DNA of 39,883 nt, taken from contig JTLS01000033.1 in NCBI GenBank assembly GCA_000826855.1, positions 1 through 39,883 on the forward strand. Reading direction: 5' to 3'. Positions within the stretch are counted from its first letter, which is position 1. Each line of letters starts with the position of its first letter. Positions 35,861 to 39,883 of this stretch are shown here, one piece after another. This DNA is from Basidioascus undulatus (lineage: Eukaryota). The position numbers and the translations under genes are program-made. The notes beneath the pieces were generated by a model, which saw nothing but the letters and a program-made list of their open reading frames with translations, was not told the DNA's origin and searched no databases.

Positions 35861-38020
35861 TCATGCCACGCGTCCCTCCGTCGGCGGGAGCGTCTCCGCC
35901 AGGGAGATGGTGTTCTGATCCTCGTCCGTAGCCATGTAGACATTTTTCTGCGGACCGCATCGAACCCCTCATCAGCTCCATCTCCCACCTCCCGAGCAAA
36001 GCGATACCCGAAACCCACGAGAAACACATCGCCCACCAGCATCTCGTCCTCCGCGCCCATCGAGCCCGCCATGATCCCGCTCATGCACCGGCCCTCGAGG
36101 TTGTTGGGGTCGAGCGGGATGAACGCGAGGTCGCGCGGGTCGATGGCAAAGGCGCGCCCGCCGATGGCCAGCGATATGGAGGCCCTGTGGGTGCAGGGAA
36201 TGGTGTACCCGTTTGTCGAGTCGCGGGAGGCCCCTGTTGGTTGGAGGGAGGGGTGAGAGATGACTGCGTGAGGTGAGGGAGGTGAAGGCGTACCGGGGAT
36301 GAGGGCGTGGATCGCATCGGCATCCTGAACTAGTATTTTAGGGCGAGATTTCATAGTAGGTTGAATGTGTCTGATGAATACTCACAGCTCGCGGCATAAC
36401 GATGAGCGATGTCCCCGAATCCAGAATGGCCTTCGTAGCGCCCAGCCTCACGCCGCGCCCATTCACCGCAACCGCCTCAAGCCGGACTTCCCAGAAGCCT
36501 GTTCCAACCCGTCTTTTATCAGTTCCTAAATTATTCCTCCAGCCCACTTCAGCAGACTCACCGTCCGGCGAAACATTGTCCACAGTAACCCACGTCTCCT
36601 CCTTGAACTTGGACGGGTCGACACCACCAAAGCAGATCTCCCCTGTTTTCCACCCCACAGTCAGCTTTTTTCGCCTGTCTTCCGCCTCCCCCTCCTATGT
36701 CATATCCGACGCACCGTCATTCGTACCATCCGCGACTCGCCCAAGCTTGTACCCGACCACAGCGCGACTGACAAGCCCCGCCTGCTTGAGCGCCTCGACC
36801 GGCGTCGGGACGCCCTGGCTCGAGATGGAGCCCTGCGCGAGGCCCATGAGGCCGTCAAAAGAACTGAAATGGGTTAGAGGTTAGGGAACTGTCAGGCCAT
36901 GCGCGAGGGGGGAAGACTGAGCGTACGCACACGTTGTCGGCTGAGAACTGAGAGCTCTCGGTGAGGGCAACGCCGAGCTATTTGAGGAAGACTTGAGCAG
37001 CTGTTTCGCTTGGGGAGAGAAGAACATAGAGACGAACGGTATGCTGTGGCAGCGTCATGCCCGCGATAGTAACCTCATCCCGAATAATGACCCCACTAAC
37101 CGACCCAGAGCCTGTCGGTCGTTTCCAACCGCACTCAACATGTCAGTCATCTTGCCCAGCATTGTAAAAAGGCGCCCAAACTCTCACCATACGTAACCCC
37201 AAACGGCTCCTGCAGACTCCGAAACGAGCGCGAGTTCTCCACGCCCAAGCGCGCCTGCTGCGCACCGCACGCAGCGCACCGCGTCGACGGGACCCACGTG
37301 TCCGCGCTGCCCGAGTCCATGAGCATCTTGAACGCGCGCGGGGGTGTGCCGATTTGGATGGTGGCCACATATCTGTCCGTCCTTCCTCTTAATTGGCAGG
37401 TTCGAGGGGAAAGGAAAGGGGTGAGAGACAGGGGGAAAGGGGAGAGGCAAGACCCACCCGATGTCGTTCGCCTCGATATCGAGCCCGAGCGCATGATTGA
37501 CCGCTGGCGGGTTGGCTGGCGTGAGCCCACCGTCTAGCGCAGCGCGCAGGGAGTCGAGCGAGTACCCCTGCGCGTTCGAGGCGGGGACGACATCGGCTGA
37601 GAAGGTGCTGGGCTGGAGGGCGGGTGCTGCGGGCTCGGGGGCGGGTGAAGATGAGGGAGAGGAGGTGGAGGGCGGGAAGAGGAGGGAGGAGATGGAGAGG
37701 TCGCCGAGACCGATGGAGAGGGGCTCTGCGGGCCGGCCGTAGACCATGAGTGAGTTGACAAGTCGGTCCACACTGCCCAGAAAGGAGAACGCACGGCGTG
37801 CAGCTCGTCCGCGGCGCATCCGACCGTGCCTCCCCTCCGCATGCCCTTTATGCCAATCTCCCACACGTTCGGGACCGTGTACATCAAGCTGCGACGGCCG
37901 GTCGTGCAGACGCTCGAGGGGGACGGACACACCCCTGTGCATGTGCAGAGGGACGGGCGCTGCCTGAGTGCTGAGAGCCGCTGCGAGGAGGAAGAGCGTG
38001 GGGAGGGGAGAGAGGCGCAT
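35861..38020 (-). CDS. Secreted pepsin-family (A1) aspartic protease with long propeptide
   Basis: Signal peptide MRLSPLPTLFLLAAALSTQA; YVATIQIGTP..MDSGSADTW (37309-37317); flap YGSG; FDGLMGL; AILDSGTS (36413-36421); LVGDVFL|KNVY; TGA 35861-35863. Confidence 0.95.
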
Positions 38021-39446
38021 TTCTGCGAAGTTTGTGATTTATATCGGCTGTCTCAAGGGGAGATGAGGATTTAGAAATAACGCACTGGGTAAAGGAGGGA
38101 CAGACCAGCAATGGAAAGAGTGTGAAGCGATAGGGAAGGGTGGGCAGCCTGCTGCGATGAGGAAGGGGACCGTGCCGGACGGTGAGAAAGATGAGAGAGG
38201 GGAGGTGAGGAAGAGGAGGGGGAGACGGAAGGAAGTGAAGAGGGAAAGAGGGAGAGAGAGAAGGAGAGAGGGGCTAGGCTGAGGGCAGCGTTGAAATCTG
38301 AACTGTACACAGTCCAGCAAGCGTCTTGCAAAAGTAGTGTGGCCTGTAAAACTCCAGATTCTCTGTGTGCCTCTTTTCTTTTTTGGAATTGTGGCTGAAT
38401 CTTACCGGAAGAACAGCATTCGCATACAGCGTACAGAGTCTGAGGGCCACCGCTGCCGCTGCTTTCACAAATGGAGACGCTGCGACCCTTCCAATTAAGG
38501 AGCGTACAGAGAACTATATGCCTCGGAATTCATGAATTCCTCAAGCGGATTCTGGACGATGCTGCGGTGCGGCTTGCATTGTAGGATATCTTTCGAGGCG
38601 TGGCAGGGCGGGGTGACCCAATTCCTGGCTGGCTTTTATGGGATCTTGGTCCCACTCATGATCGGTCTGGATGGTGATTATTTAAGTGCCCTGGAGTGTC
38701 TTATGACTCGCTGCCTTAAGCGTTACTTTAGTGACTGTGATCACTACTGCATGGTCCCCGCTCGAACGTTTGCGATCCGGCTTTCCAAGACGACCGTGGC
38801 AGAAAAACTACGTCAGCCGATTCCCAGGCCTCACTCCAGCAAAGACGAGGTTAAAGTGCAGAGAGGAGGTCGAGAAATTTGGAAGAGGGTGTGCCTTCAT
38901 CAAAAATAGGGTGTCTGTAGTCTTTCTGAAACGCAGCCTCGTGCCCCTCGCGGCAGCCGACGTCCATTCATCCCTATCCCGCCCTCCGTTCCTCTTACTT
39001 CTCGCCGCCATCCTCCTGACGACCACCGACGCTCTTTTGACCTGTACACTCACACTCGTTTGTTTTCTCTGGGAAGTGCATAATACCAGGCACTGGTGCT
39101 GGGTGAGTAGTACTCGCGCAATTGAATGGCGGGGCGTGGTGTGTGTTTTTCTACCTAGCGTTCTTCGTTTCGTGGGCCATGCAAGGTTCGGCGTGCACGC
39201 ACCAGCCATCTGCCCTCGTGCCCTTGCCGTCTTTCGCCCTCAGGCTCCCCTTGCTCGCCCCTTCTTCCGCTCACACTCTGACAATCTGTTGTCGTCCGTC
39301 GTTCTGCAGGCAGAAACGACCAGACTCGAGCGCACACACACACCACAGCACCCGCACGCACTTCTCGCACTCATATTACACACCCCACACTCGTTTCAAT
39401 CACCCTCGCTCGCTCGCTCGACTCGGAATTAACAACACCCGCAATA

Positions 39447-39883
39447 ATGGCCCATCGAGCGTCCCGCTCTCGTGCGCGGCAGCAGCACAAGCGCATCAAT
39501 CCCATCGAGGGGCTCGTGCGCCGGCAGGTTGCGAACCCCACGACGGCTTTCGAGACTCAGCGCGTGGTGAGTGTCGTGCAGGCGAGCTTTTGGAAGAGCG
39601 CGGCGCGGCTGACGGTGAATGAATGGGACACGCGCAGTCTATCCCACCTGCAGCCGCCGTCACTCCGAGCACGGTGTTGACACCCGCCGGCGCAGTCCGG
39701 ACGACCACCCCGGCCGCAGGCGGCGGCGTCGTCGTGCCCACAAATCTTCTCCCCACCGCGCGCCCGAACGACACCGATGGTGTCCTCTCTAGCAGCACGT
39801 CCGTCGCGCCCACAACGCCCAGCACGACTGCCCGGCGCCCCACACCCCCCACCACCACCACCCCCACGAGCAGCAGCACGACG
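39447..39883 (+). CDS. 5' part of a Ser/Thr/Pro-rich (mucin-like) protein, truncated by the window end
   Basis: ATG 39447, exon ending ETQRV|gtgagt; gctgac branch and cag acceptor at ~39637; open frame SIPPAAAVTPSTVLTP...PTTPSTTARRPTPPTTTTPTSSSTT to the end. A likely 5' UTR intron lies near 39103-39310. Confidence 0.6.

Noticed and set aside
36413..37317. Both protease catalytic motifs are DSG rather than DTG
   Set aside because: D[ST]G is within the normal pepsin-family consensus, and the flap Tyr is present.
38731..39432. 233-aa plus-strand ORF
   Set aside because: Non-ATG start; pyrimidine/CA-rich composition and intron signals fit a 5' UTR of the gene starting at 39447.
1..39883. CRISPR arrays, tRNA/rRNA, transposase or reverse-transcriptase ORFs, prokaryotic operons
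   Set aside because: None recognised by eye; all repeats seen are coding low-complexity or microsatellite. Intron-containing tRNAs or small ncRNAs could have been missed without a covariance search.

Overview
Eukaryotic, intron-rich fungal DNA. It is most likely a basidiomycete, possibly Pucciniomycotina-like, judged from short GT-AG introns with gtgcgt/gtgagt donors and gctgac branch sites, a CPL1/PriA-type domain and a Tco2-type kinase. The six-frame ORF list is mostly exon fragments and antisense shadows, so genes were spliced by eye. Apparently intact genes: the 5' part of a PPC decarboxylase (HAL3/CAB3 family), a long coiled-coil protein, a wax-synthase-type MBOAT, a very large dual hybrid histidine kinase (2 kinase + 2 receiver modules), a WW-domain Gly/His-rich protein, ketopantoate reductase, a secreted Lys/Asp/Gly/Asn-rich protein, an RmlD/MAT2B-like reductase, a secreted pepsin-family protease and the start of a Ser/Thr/Pro-rich protein. 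Three tracts between them hold decayed genes: an internally deleted UNC-93-like MFS gene, a triple-RRM (Rrm4-like) pseudogene, and a Cys-repeat CPL1/PriA pseudogene with an internal inversion. No rRNA, tRNA, CRISPR or transposon ORF was seen. I cannot demonstrate a new multi-gene system. The best leads are a possible fungal dynein adaptor (CC1-box-like plus TQT motif), the secreted protein built only of phase-0 exons, and the dual kinase with micro-exons and GC-AG introns.
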